A stretch of DNA of 64,000 bases from positions 1 to 64,000 of IMG/VR virus record IMGVR_UViG_3300046657_000006; one strand, 5' to 3'. The number at the start of each line of letters is the position of its first letter. Within the stretch, counting starts at the first letter, position 1. The stretch is from a virus. The notes under the pieces were generated by a model. It did no database searches. It saw only the letters and a program-made list of their open reading frames with translations, and had not been told where the DNA came from. Positions 17,861 to 28,553 of the stretch are shown in pieces. The translations under genes and the position numbers were made by a program.

Positions 17861-18692
17861 ATGAACGAAACCAACGAAAATACTTCTGAGATTGGCACTG
17901 GTTCAGTTTGGGGTAACGGAGAGTTATCTGCGGCTGGTCATTCAGGGTGGAACTTATACATCTGGACAGACGGGGTGGTGGTAGTTGCTCGGTCGGTCAA
18001 TCAGGCAAGAGAAATAGCCGCCCAACGGTTGACAGAATTCCCAGCCGCTTGCGCAATTGTTCAAAGCTCCGAACCCACGATCACGTCTGCCCCAGGTGTG
18101 CGGCTACTCTTCCGCACGGCTATGCGCGTATCTTGAAATGCTTTGCCGTCGCAGTTTATCTTTGGAGCGTTAACGGTGTATCAATTCATTCGAGAGTTGA
18201 TTAACCGGAAAGCTCGCAAAGGTGAGTACGCGCACCTATTGGCTTTAGCGCAATCAATGGCGCATATGCGGGATGTTTGTGAGTTGACACTAAGTGGCAA
18301 CGCTCTAAAATCAGAACCAGCAGCGCGACAGTTTACAAGGCAGATTCAGAGTGAATTGTTAACCTTACAAGCGCAGGTGAACGCGCTAATGGAAGCAGTC
18401 AAGCCAAAGAAAGACTAGCGTTTCTTCCATCGTGTTTTAGCGGCTTTCTTGGCGATTGCTTTACGTTGCTCCTGATCCTATCATGTCTGGATTTCAACCG
18501 TCGCAAGCGGAAACCATACTTCATACGGCTGTTAGTTGCCGAGAACCTCTGTATCACACCCGCTGGCTGATGGCACACAATCACTTCCACGAAATAGTGC
18601 ATACGGAAGGCTCTAGTTCTCTTATGGCTGCTTGGAATGAATACCTAAAAGAACTAGAGACCGCCGAGGTTAAGGCCAAAACACCAGCCTAG
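17861..18692 (+). CDS. Three small hypothetical genes (17861-18136, 18143-18418, about 18483-18692)
   Basis: ORF track only. Confidence 0.4.
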
Positions 18693-18753
18693 AAAACATA
18701 GACATATACTGGCTTCGTCGAGCTTGTGTGACCGCCAGTACCGCCTTTCATTC

Positions 18754-19035
18754 CTAGTCGGATAAAGTATGGGTAACAAAGCCAACAGGCGTAATCAAAC
18801 TACTACCCAACTTTGCATTGAGAAGCTGCAATATAGGATTCCATTTCTTGGGCGGTTTGACGTAGTTACTAAACCATTGCATGCCGTTCGTTATCCAGGC
18901 TCGGCGGAGTTCTGGCAGTGTTTGATGGTAAGTATCGTTCTCAAATTCAGTACCGCAACACGGGCAGATGTTAAAATCCTCCGGTGCGTCGGTCATTTGA
19001 TCAAAAGCGCAAACTGGACAGGTGTAATAGTTCAT
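18754..19035 (-). CDS. CPCC-type cysteine-rich protein
   Basis: YTCPVC...FNICPCCGTEF..D...LPELRRAW. Confidence 0.7.
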   Translation of the reverse strand: MNYYTCPVCAFDQMTDAPEDFNICPCCGTEFENDTYHQTLPELRRAWITNGMQWFSNYVKPPKKWNPILQLLNAKLGSSLITPVGFVTHTLSD

Positions 19036-19167
19036 TTCTTGTCGAACTCATCAATGACATACTTTCGCTTGTCGAGCGGTCGGAAGTATGTACGCAAGTA
19101 GTTATCCTTGTCCACTATTTCAAAATGAACCAGTGCCTATTTGACAGGTTAATGCTAAGATTCCAGC

Positions 19168-19827
19168 ATGAGCACTGCGCTAACAGGGATACCAAGTTCC
19201 CCTGTATTTCACCCAGCAACGAACTCTGGTCTAACTCTCAAGCAGCAGCTCTTCATCAAGCACTACCTTGAACTCTCTCTAAATGGCGGCGACAAAAGAA
19301 GTTACGGCGTTGAAGCCGCAAAACTAGCAGGCTATTCAGGCAGTAACGGAACGCTCGCTGCCATTGCCTCAGAAAACTTAACCAAGCCTAACATCCGCGC
19401 AGAGATAACCAGACTCTTCAATCCTCTTGCCTCAGCAGAGGAAACCCTTGCAAGGCTTACAAAGTACTCCAGAAGCTCAATTGCTGACGTTTTAGATGGC
19501 TCTGGCTCATTTGACCTTGATTATGCCAAGGCTAACCATGCTGACGATCTAATCAAAAAGCTCAAGATTAAGCGCAGAATCATCCCCGTAAAGGACGGAG
19601 AGCCTGAAACCGAGATAACCCACGAAATAGAGCTTTACGACGCGATGCAGGCCACGGAAACGCTAGCAAAACACCACGGATTGCTGGTCGATAGGTCTGA
19701 ATCAATCAAAATCAACGTTGACCTAAAAGCTGAGGATTTAGCGAGTATTCTACAAGGTGCGCTGTCAGCAGGAGCAATTGATGTAAGTGGTACAGTTGTT
19801 ATGCCAAAGACGAGTGAAATCGACTGA
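19168..19827 (+). CDS. terS: Terminase small subunit
   Basis: LTLKQQLFIKHY...AAKLAGYS...IASENLTKPNIRAEI...IELYD...LAKHHGL. Confidence 0.9.
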   Translation: MSTALTGIPSSPVFHPATNSGLTLKQQLFIKHYLELSLNGGDKRSYGVEAAKLAGYSGSNGTLAAIASENLTKPNIRAEITRLFNPLASAEETLARLTKYSRSSIADVLDGSGSFDLDYAKANHADDLIKKLKIKRRIIPVKDGEPETEITHEIELYDAMQATETLAKHHGLLVDRSESIKINVDLKAEDLASILQGALSAGAIDVSGTVVMPKTSEID

Positions 19828-20262
19828 ATATTTACAGGGATTTGATAATGTTCTGTAAGTTATAGCAAATAGCCTACGTTACGGCGAAGTAGGACGCACC
19901 GCGCTAATTCACCCCTTCTCTCACCCCTCTAACTAATAGATAAATAAGAACATAGCGCACCATGCGCCCGTGCTGGCTGACAGTTGGAGCAGACGTGCGT
20001 TCATGCGTCCATTGTACCACGCTTAAACAGTGAGATGTTAGGTGAACAGTGGGCAGCTAAGTCATTGACTGGTAAGGGGTAGGGGGCGGGGGTTAACTTT
20101 TCAGGGCAGAATGTACAGGCGATGACGTAGGGGTTCGCGAGGCTAGGGGTTCTTTTCAGGGCGAGGCTATAGCGCGTGGGAGCGAGGTTCGTTTAGGGGG
20201 CGTTTTCAGGAGTTGTAAAATAGGTATTGCGTGTTACGGTAAGACGTGTTACCTTGCTTGGT

Positions 20263-20628
20263 ATGGAAGAACAAGAGATTGAGAAGGCGGTAATAGGGTC
20301 GGTACGGCTGGATTCTGACGTATGGGAGGCGGTGCGAGCGATGCCGGAGTCTTTGAACGTGTATTTACGGCGGGGACTGTTGGGGGGAGGGCTGGTATCG
20401 CGCAAAATTTCCAAGAAACAGGCTCAGGTAGACGCGTTGAGGGCGTCTGACCCGCTGGCGACAATTATGGAGCGAGAGGACATAGAGCACGGGAACATGG
20501 ATTTGCCTTCATCTGGGTCGATTGCGACTTTGGATGCTGTATCGCCTGTGGCGAACTCAAAGACCGGAAAGGCGTCAGTGCAGGTATATCAGAATCGGAT
20601 GCGGCAGAAGGGGGATAAGACGCGATAG
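20263..20628 (+). CDS. Hypothetical protein, RHH-like N-terminus
   Basis: ATG at 20263 lies 7 nt after TTGCGT-N17-TACCTT. Confidence 0.5.
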   Translation: MEEQEIEKAVIGSVRLDSDVWEAVRAMPESLNVYLRRGLLGGGLVSRKISKKQAQVDALRASDPLATIMEREDIEHGNMDLPSSGSIATLDAVSPVANSKTGKASVQVYQNRMRQKGDKTR

Positions 20629-21120
20629 ATGAGGGTGTCTAGCTTCAAACTGCGAAGACTTGTATTTCAGCGCGATTCCGGCGTTTGCGCTAAGTGTTTT
20701 GCCGATTGCGAAAAGACCGCTCGTGTCTATGCGGGGATACGGGAGAGTGAAGCAAGATTTTTATACGCCCAAATACTTCTCCTCACTCAGGAATCGCATC
20801 CGTTTTGGGAAGTTGACCACATTAAGGAGGTTGCCGATGGAGGTAGCAACGACTTGAGCAACCTTCAAACGCTTTGCATTGGCTGCCATTTCACTAAAAC
20901 GCAGCTATGGAAGGCCAGTAAGCCCAAAGCGATTCGAATCAGACCTAGAAAGACCATAATTCCGAGGCGGTCAACGTCGTTTCGGCTACCAATGGACGTG
21001 GTTGCCACTTTAACTCGATGGGCAAGCGCGGCGGACATCTCGGTTAGCGCCGTTATTATAAATTGCGTTCGGCAAAGGGCGGGGAACACGACGCCGATGC
21101 GCGAGAAGGAGAAACGGTAG
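20629..21120 (+). CDS. HNH endonuclease with C-terminal RHH-like domain
   Basis: VFQRDSGVCAKC...WEVDHI...GGSNDLSNLQTLCIGCH; C-terminal STSFRLP...SVSAVI. Confidence 0.8.
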   Translation: MRVSSFKLRRLVFQRDSGVCAKCFADCEKTARVYAGIRESEARFLYAQILLLTQESHPFWEVDHIKEVADGGSNDLSNLQTLCIGCHFTKTQLWKASKPKAIRIRPRKTIIPRRSTSFRLPMDVVATLTRWASAADISVSAVIINCVRQRAGNTTPMREKEKR

Positions 21121-21300
21121 TCGTTATTGAAGCCAAAGGACAGGAAGAGATGAGGGTTCGAACACTTACGGCAATGAACTTGGCGACCGTTATCATGGCA
21201 GGCGTTCTGTTTGCAACGGTGTCCTTTTGGTGGCGATGGCTGTGGCTGGTGGTAGCAGTTTTCAGTTGCGTTTCTATTGTTCTAAGAGTGAAAGAAACCA

Positions 21301-21713
21301 ATGACTAAATTATCAAAGAAGGCACAACGGGCAAGGGGAAACTCGGTGACGGAAACGATTTCGATTCACCCTCCGCAGCCTGTAACGGTAACTCTTCCTA
21401 ATGGCGAGCAAGAGGTTTTGAATGTCGGGGATTCCATTGTAGAGAATTTGGACGGGACGCATGAAGTTCTACGGGGTGGAGATAAGGACTGAGGGAGCGT
21501 GCTATGAGCGAAGAAAGTTACGTTAAGAACAGTTTTATTGTAGGGCGCGACGGTGATCCCTATGTATTTAAGGAACGAATTTCTGAAGGGATTGTTCTCG
21601 CTCGCCTTGATCGGTACGCGGTCGTTCCCTTAGAGCGGTATTTTGACTTGAGCGTGCAGGATAACGTCCGTCAATTATTGGCCGAGGATGCAGTGAAGTC
21701 AAAAGCCGACTGA
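21301..21713 (+). CDS. Two small hypothetical genes (21301-21492, 21504-21713)
   Basis: ORF track, RBS-like sequences. Confidence 0.5.
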
Positions 21714-21742
21714 TTCTGTACTAGCCTAAGAGGGGGAGAAAA

Positions 21743-22107
21743 ATGGGCGAAATCATTGAAGAAGTCGGTGGCGAGTACGGCGCGACTGTTCGCTATAAAG
21801 TTCACGAAAACGGAGCTTCGGTAATGTTTTTCGCGGCTGAGATTATTGGCCGCACCGTCCCCTCAAATGCGCCCAACTATAGTCAGGATGAGAACTGCGA
21901 GTTGCTTGAGAAGGCTGAACGGTACGTTGACGGATGGGTCAAGTGGGACGGATGTTCCCACGTTTCTTTGGCGACGAGGACGCCCAACTTCATATTTGCG
22001 GAAAGTCCGAGTTCGACAAGTTGGCGACTGTTCTGGCTGCGATTTACGCTCGCTGTGGCGAATTGATGCGCGAAGCCGGAACAGAACTACTCAAGGGCGA
22101 ATTCTGA
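21743..22107 (+). pseudogene. Hypothetical gene with an apparent -1 frameshift near 21964
   Basis: KWDGCSHV continues in the -1 frame as FFGDEDAQLHICGKSEFDKLATVLAAIY...KGEF* (stop at 22105-22107). Confidence 0.55.
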
Positions 22108-22458
22108 TTTCAAAGACCTAAATTCATTTTACCAAATGGAGCGTGGAAATGAACAAGATTTTCTGCGGTATCGGCACGACTATTTCGATCATCGCGATTG
22201 AAGCACACGCGTGGCCGTTGCTAGGGGCGGCTGCGGGATTCCTCGTGGCCGCGATTTGCGTCACCATTGAAGGGATAAATCCGACAAAGGAAGACCTGAA
22301 ATGAACCAAGAATTTAGTTGGTCTGAAGTGAAGTTTCGTAGAGTACCTTTGTGGAGAAGGATGTTACGGTGGCTGCGGAATGTGGGGTAACGAGGACAAG
22401 ACCTCGCTGCCGTAACGTCAGGGTTGTACGCCGCGAAGCGCGGCAGAAGGTGAGTTGA

Positions 22459-23082
22459 GTGATGACGAGCGATGAAATGGAGCGGTTCAACCTTGGGTTG
22501 CCGCCGCTGTTTCCGACTCTACGCGAACGGTTGCGTGAGCGTTACGGGCGCGAGCTTGATGCATGGCTTGAGCGCGGCCAATCGCCAGCAATTATAGTGC
22601 GCGAAACAACTGAACCGCACTACGCGCCATTTATCGACGATGACGATATTCAAGAGTCTGCGTCTGAACTTTATTACCTTGACCTTGAAGGCTACGACGG
22701 GTTTCACCCCGCCAAGCCGCTATCACCTGAAGATGTGGAGGGTATTCGGCAGCAGGTGAAGGCGGCTGTTGCCCAACAGATGCAGACCAGCGGATTGAAG
22801 GCGTTAATTCAAGAAGTCGTGAGCGGGTATTATGACGACCGCGTTGACGATAAGGAGCAGGCCGCGTTCTTTATTTGGGCAGCAATGATCGAGGACGGAC
22901 AGTCACAGCCAGTGGCCGATCTTTGGATACTTGAGCAATCGCCAGATTTCCATGACTACATGTTTCTACTTGAAGAAGGGGCGAGCTTTAATCAGGCGTG
23001 GCGGCTGTGCGTTGAACTGTTGCCACCAGAAGTTGCGGCAGTTTTAGAGCTTGAGTGGTTAGACTTAGAAGAAGCGGCGTAA
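22459..23082 (+). CDS. Acidic hypothetical protein
   Basis: ORF track, 207 aa. Confidence 0.6.
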   Translation: MMTSDEMERFNLGLPPLFPTLRERLRERYGRELDAWLERGQSPAIIVRETTEPHYAPFIDDDDIQESASELYYLDLEGYDGFHPAKPLSPEDVEGIRQQVKAAVAQQMQTSGLKALIQEVVSGYYDDRVDDKEQAAFFIWAAMIEDGQSQPVADLWILEQSPDFHDYMFLLEEGASFNQAWRLCVELLPPEVAAVLELEWLDLEEAA

Positions 23083-23318
23083 TCACTCAACGTGAAGTGG
23101 GTTTCCGTCTCAGCACGAGAAACGCCACGGTGCCTTTTCAGCCTTAACACCGGAGAACGGGATGAAACATACTTTATTTATCGGAACGATAATTAGCTTA
23201 TGGATTATTATGAGGTTAGGGAGGGAAAGAAAGTGAACAAACGCCGCGACACTCACGATCATTCCTGCACGTTCTGCGTCCCTTGGTGGCGGCGAATGCT
23301 GACTAGATTTACTTACTG

Positions 23319-24270
23319 GTGGAGAAGTCTGTGATCGAATTAAACTCGACGTTCAACACGCTCATTGTTGATTTGGAAGCAGTGTTTGACGTGCAGTTCT
23401 CCGATCACGATCAAGCCTTAAACTTGATCAAGACAGCCTTTTCAGAAGTAATGAATGAGGTCAGCCAAAGATGTAAAGTCTGCGACTCAGAAAAGCTGCT
23501 CTGTGTAGATTGTGAAGGGAATGGCATTGCTGAATCCACAAGAGACTTATTGAAAGGATATATTGATGAGCCGTGAATTTAATGACACGCTGGCAAAGCT
23601 GATTAACATGCCGGAAGCAGAGCGCGTGCTTCCTAGCGGAAAGCCACAGATGAGCTGTGAAAGAACAGTTCAAGACGCCTTGGCGCTGGCAGAGATTACC
23701 AAAAAAGTTATTCAAGAAGGAGTCGAGCCGGACATAGAAACCGTCGATGAATACCTCGTACTACTAGCAGATGAAGTGAAGCGTCTCCGCGATAGAGAGG
23801 CGCGAACCAAGCCGATACTCCTGCGATACGATGAAATAGCCGAACCCTTCGCTGAGGTTGTCGGGTTAGGCGAGAACAGGGTTGAAGCTCTCGCCAACGG
23901 CATCCTTGATATGCGAGCGGAAATCAAACGTCTCCGAAAGGAATTGGCATGGATTAAAGACGGGCAACCACGAAGCGTTTGTCCGCACGTTCCGAGCCAC
24001 GAAGACTGTGAGTATCCGCTAACTGTCGTTGATGAATTTCACGATCATTCGGACTCCCCTGAAAGTAAACTAGACGGAGCAAGTTAAATGACCTCAACGG
24101 AAATCCTGCTTGCCATTGCCGAACAAATCGAAGCGCATAAATGTTCAGACTGCACGGCACACAATGAACACGAAGTATGCGAACTGCCAGATTTAGCTAG
24201 AATTCTAAGAGAAGTAGCAAGAAAAGCTGAAGCTGCTCAACCCTCTACCCTAACCAAAGAATGTCAATAA
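23319..24270 (+). CDS. Three hypothetical genes (23319-23576, about 23566-24087, 24088-24270)
   Basis: Coupled ORFs. Confidence 0.5.
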
Positions 24271-24770
24271 GGCAGAACGATTCCCTGCTCGAAAGGGATG
24301 ATCCTGCTCTTGAGGTTGCTGCAGGCTTTCGATTCGGTAGAGCTTGGGTGTGGTTAGTAGGGTCTGCGTGTTAGGCAGTTCGAGCATATGGAGCAGGACG
24401 TAGCGTTTATTTGTAGGATCGACTACCTACCCGTTGCCTGCGTTTCCCACACTTGCACTCTGTCGGCCACGAACCTTTAATTTTCTGAGATTTACGAAGG
24501 TTAGATAAACTCATAACGTATTTCACCGTGCCGACCTCTAACGGATGTTACGTGAGTTGATAGAATCGGAAGGACTTCATGGCTCGCGTAACAACAACGC
24601 GGCGATTATCGAGCATTTTGCGCTTTGAGGCAAGCACTTTTTGTGGTAGACTCTTTCCGGTTAGCCGACCATCCGTAACAACAACACTTTTCAACCTCGT
24701 GAAGAAATTTGCGAGGTTGAATTGTTTTTAGGGCTTGACTTCCACCGCGATAAGCGTACAATGTCTTGTA

Positions 24771-24872
24771 ATGAAGGAATGTAAGAAGTGTGGGCATAGG
24801 TGGTACGCGAGAACGGCCAAAAGGCCGCGTCAATGTCCGAAGTGTTGGTCGGCAAAGTGGGACAAGAAATGA
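24771..24872 (+). CDS. 33-aa Zn-ribbon microprotein
   Basis: MKECKKCGHRWYARTAKRPRQCPKCWSAKWDKK*; TTGACT-N16-TACAAT promoter 8 nt upstream; ATGA overlap with the next gene. Confidence 0.7.
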   Translation: MKECKKCGHRWYARTAKRPRQCPKCWSAKWDKK

Positions 24873-25102
24873 CTCAAATAATGCTGCGTCATGCCGAAGA
24901 TGACTTTGCCGCACTTTTGATAGCGAACGCGATGGAGAACGTTGGAGCCGAGGTCTTCTCTGTTGTTTCAAACGGAACCTATAAACCGATAGGGTTCGGC
25001 TCTTCCGTGGAAAAGGTGCAGTTTATCGTTTGGGCAAAAGTTAAGGATGACGAACATATAGCCAGAGTTGACACGGCTATAGAGCTGGCTTTTGGGGAAT
25101 AG
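24869..25102 (+). CDS. Hypothetical protein
   Basis: ATG at 24869 coupled to the upstream stop. Confidence 0.5.
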   Translation: MTQIMLRHAEDDFAALLIANAMENVGAEVFSVVSNGTYKPIGFGSSVEKVQFIVWAKVKDDEHIARVDTAIELAFGE

Positions 25103-25105
25103 TTT

Positions 25106-25268
25106 TGCGTAAGCGGCGTTGAAGGAAACGCAGAAGCGACACGGCATTTTGACTGTAACTCATCGGGGGAAGTTTCGGCTTCGAGAGTTTTCCGAACAGT
25201 CTACGGTTCGACTCCGTAGGTCGCCGTGAAGTAAGTTCGGAAGTGGGTGTCAAGCCCCACCTTACGCA
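25106..25268 (+). ncRNA. tRNA-like structured RNA 1 (non-canonical)
   Basis: Closing stem TGCGTAAG/CTTACGCA, D-like arm, T-like arm, plus an internal CTACGG-TTCGACT-CCGTAG T-arm. Confidence 0.55.
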
Positions 25269-25273
25269 GAAAG

Positions 25274-25437
25274 GGCTAATAGCGGCGTGGTAGTAGACAC
25301 GCAACACAGTGGGAAGCTCGACTAATATCGAGGGAAGGCGGATTTAGTGTGGGAGCCACGGATCGGAAGATCGCATCCCGCCTCTGGAGGTCAACCAGCA
25401 TCAAGGCCGCGTCGGAGTAACGAACGACCTATTAGCC
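25274..25437 (+). ncRNA. tRNA-like structured RNA 2 (non-canonical)
   Basis: Closing stem GGCTAATAG/CTATTAGCC, GCGTG/CACGC D-like arm and GTCG/CGAC terminal arm. Confidence 0.5.
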
Positions 25438-25454
25438 TGAATTTGGTGAGTTTA

Positions 25455-26805
25455 ATGAGTAGCGAGAAAATCATTCAAAGTCTTGAGGCTCAACTAGGAG
25501 CAATAGCGCAAGAGAACAACGCATTGGTTGACGCTAACCGCGAGTTATCGTTGACAGCGACCGCGCTTCACGAGAGAAATCAATGTTTAGTTGAGGGTAA
25601 TCGAGAGTACGCGGCAGAAATAGCGCGATTTGAAAGCCCTAACGGAGAAGGTAACTGTCGCTTTTGCGGGCAACAACGAGAAGTCTTACAAGGTTCTAGT
25701 CGGAAGTGTTATTGCATTCCGACCATTCGGCAGTATCAGCAAGAACTTCGAGAGGCTTTAGCAGAAGTTCAAAAGCGCGAAGAAGAACGCCGAACTGATT
25801 CTATCGCCATAGCTGAACTTGCCGACTACGCGGCGAACCTAGAGAGTGAAATCAATCAACTGAAAGGCAGGTAAAGTGCTTCCTATTATTGCGGCTATGT
25901 TTGGTGACTTGGGTGATATTGAGCATCCTGATAATCAAAACGCTGACTTCCGTGACGGTTACGCGGAGGGAATATGCAACGATTTATCTCTTGCTGACCG
26001 GAATAACGCGATTACTACAGAATGGCGCAAACGCGGCCAGCCTGATTCCGTGAATGCGTCTTTTGAGGTCTGGAAGCGCGGATATTGGGTAGGACGGATT
26101 GAGGTTGTTAGTGTAAAGCCTTCAATTCCACGAATTAAGAAATGTAATACCTGTGGGGAGCTGTGCACCGTCGAATTGCGGCAATGTCCTCGGTGTAAAA
26201 AGCCGCTCCCAAATTGGACATCGGCAGACGAAAGAAAATATCAAGACCCCCTAGAACATGGTTGCACGAATTGTCGCGCCTGTGAATCTAGTCATTGCCG
26301 AATCTGCGACCCTTGCGGGAAGCCTGAACCGCGTCCGTACGGAATTTCGTCAAAGGAGCAAAATGGCTAATAAACCGAGACTGATTGAATGTCCATTAGA
26401 GTGCAAGGGACTACACTCCTCAGGTTGCGGCCCAAACTGCATCCGAACTCGCAACGAGAAAGCATTCGACAGGTATCGTAAGCAGCTTCGCCATGAAGGT
26501 ATTCAGTCTTTAGGTTTTGAGTGGTTGCGCGACAGGCGCGAAGAAGAACGTCAATTTCGCAAGCGACTAGGATTCGACAAATGAGAATGGACGCTTACTA
26601 CTATAGCTTTGAGCCTACGGGCGTTACGGAGATTGACCGCATTTTGTCTGCCGTAGCGTGCGCCGGAAAAACCTACCACCACACGGAAGCGTGGCAAGAT
26701 GACTGCTACGCGCCCGAAGGTCACACGGGTAGCAATCCGATTCAGTGGATTCAGAATGCGGCCAACGATGCGGCCAAGCGTTATGCAGAGGAGGCTTCGC
26801 AATGA
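25455..26805 (+). CDS. Four hypothetical genes (25455-25874 coiled coil, 25876-26370 Cys-rich, 26363-26584, 26581-26805)
   Basis: Translationally coupled ORFs. Confidence 0.55.
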
Positions 26806-26957
26806 GGCGAGTGCAAAGGATCGTGACATGCCCGATCACGCCTCGCGGGGCTGACTCTGCTCCAACTCTTAACCTTGCCACTTACACCAAAAGACCTATA
26901 ATCTCTAGCCCGACAGACCCGCCAAGCTAGAGTTAAAGTAAAACATTAACAAAACAA

Positions 26958-26986
26958 TTGACATCCTTCGGTCATTAAACTAATCT
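26958..26986 (+). promoter_or_regulatory. Promoter of the head-gene operon
   Basis: TTGACA-N17-TAATCT in an AT-rich context, 9 nt before the ATG at 26996. Confidence 0.55.
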
Positions 26987-26995
26987 CCGTTTAAT

Positions 26996-28522
26996 ATGAC
27001 TCCTGAAGCTAGTTTATCTAGCACCCCCGATGTGGCTAATTCTGTAGCGGTTAGCAATGAAGGTTCTTCTTCAGCGGATTCATCGACCGCACCGCAAGCT
27101 ACAACAGACTCTTCGTTGGCGAACGTACAATCGCAGTCTGTTCAAGATCAAAACGCAACCCAACAAACACCGGACGATCCGCTCGCAGGTTTACCTTCAG
27201 CCGATGAGCTAAAGGCACTTGTAGCGCAGAACGCTCCGAATGCAAAGGGGTTGGCGCAACTACGCGAGGCTTACGAAAAACGCTCAACCGAGTTTACCGA
27301 ACTTCAAGGGAAATGGAAGACGTTCGAGCCAGTGGCCGACAAGTTTTCTGCCCCTGAAGAAATTCAGAGTTTGGTAGACATGCGAGAGGCGTTACTCGGA
27401 TGGGAAAACCAAGATGGTCGTCTCGTGCCGAGCACAGAACGGTTCATTCAATCGCTTGACCCGCAGCGAGCAGAGTTCTTGTTTGCTGATCTAGCCGATG
27501 GAGTTTCTGCAAGTGGAGAACCTCGGATAGAGAAGGCGCTCAAGTACATGGCCGCTGACCCGGACCGCAGGGCTAACGCTCTAAAGATTCTGGGAGGCGT
27601 AGAACCTTCTGCCGTAGCTCCGCAGTGGCAGGCAACAGAAGAACAGTTGGCCGTAGTCAAACCGGAACTTCAAGACACCTTCAAGAAGCTCCCTTATGAG
27701 AAACGGGAAGCTCTTGCTACCAACGATCCTGAATTCATCAATGATTACTTGGGCGAACAAAAGCTCAAGAATGACTTGATTCAGGAACGAGAGCAAAGGG
27801 CGCAGCAAGATCAACAAATCGCCCAGCAAAGAGAGCAGATGCTTCAGGCGGAAGCTCAAAAGGCGGGCGATGAGAATGTGCGCACTCAACTTTCTGAGGC
27901 CATGACCACTTTCCACAAATCAGTTGTCGATCAGTGCAAACTCATCGAACCACTTGATCCGAATAATCCACCACAGGGAATGGACGCGCAAGCAATAGCT
28001 CAATACAACCAGCAAGCCGAAGCAAGTAATAAAGCTGAGGCGGCTACGGTGACTTTAGCCGTGGTTGGGTTGATAAACGAGCAGACGCGGCCTTTCGTTC
28101 TACCGCTCCTCAAGGAAATAGGGGTTATAGACGATAAATTCCTGAGTGAACTGGACAACGCGGCCAAGGGATTCGGTGATAACGCTAGAAATTACGGACA
28201 TTTGACCTATCAACAGAAGTTACGAGCCAACGGTAACGGCTATCAGCCGGGACAGGATGTAACCATGTTGAATAATGAAGCCCAAAGGAACCGGAAACTG
28301 CTGAGTTACTACGCAAATCAGCTATCCAGCCGTCTTTTGGAGAAAAAAGGTCAAACATTCGGAATGAAAGCCACGGGTCACAATAATATCTTGAACGGAG
28401 TAGCCCCGTCGCGACCTAACGCCAATGGTGGCAGTTACGATCCGACGAAAGCTACTGCTCAAACTCACGATCCACAGAATCCGTGGCCTACCCGTGCAGA
28501 GCTTGGGCGCCAGTATGGCTAA
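26996..28522 (+). CDS. Putative capsid scaffolding protein
   Basis: Disordered S/Q-rich N-terminus and coiled coils; directly upstream of the putative capsid gene. Confidence 0.55.
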   Translation: MTPEASLSSTPDVANSVAVSNEGSSSADSSTAPQATTDSSLANVQSQSVQDQNATQQTPDDPLAGLPSADELKALVAQNAPNAKGLAQLREAYEKRSTEFTELQGKWKTFEPVADKFSAPEEIQSLVDMREALLGWENQDGRLVPSTERFIQSLDPQRAEFLFADLADGVSASGEPRIEKALKYMAADPDRRANALKILGGVEPSAVAPQWQATEEQLAVVKPELQDTFKKLPYEKREALATNDPEFINDYLGEQKLKNDLIQEREQRAQQDQQIAQQREQMLQAEAQKAGDENVRTQLSEAMTTFHKSVVDQCKLIEPLDPNNPPQGMDAQAIAQYNQQAEASNKAEAATVTLAVVGLINEQTRPFVLPLLKEIGVIDDKFLSELDNAAKGFGDNARNYGHLTYQQKLRANGNGYQPGQDVTMLNNEAQRNRKLLSYYANQLSSRLLEKKGQTFGMKATGHNNILNGVAPSRPNANGGSYDPTKATAQTHDPQNPWPTRAELGRQYG

Positions 28523-28553
28523 GACGACGCACTCTTAGCTAGGAGTAAAATTC

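Noticed and set aside
25106-25437. Canonical tRNA genes
   Set aside because: No 7-nt anticodon loop in the proper position, lengths of about 163 nt and no CCA; kept only as tRNA-like ncRNAs.
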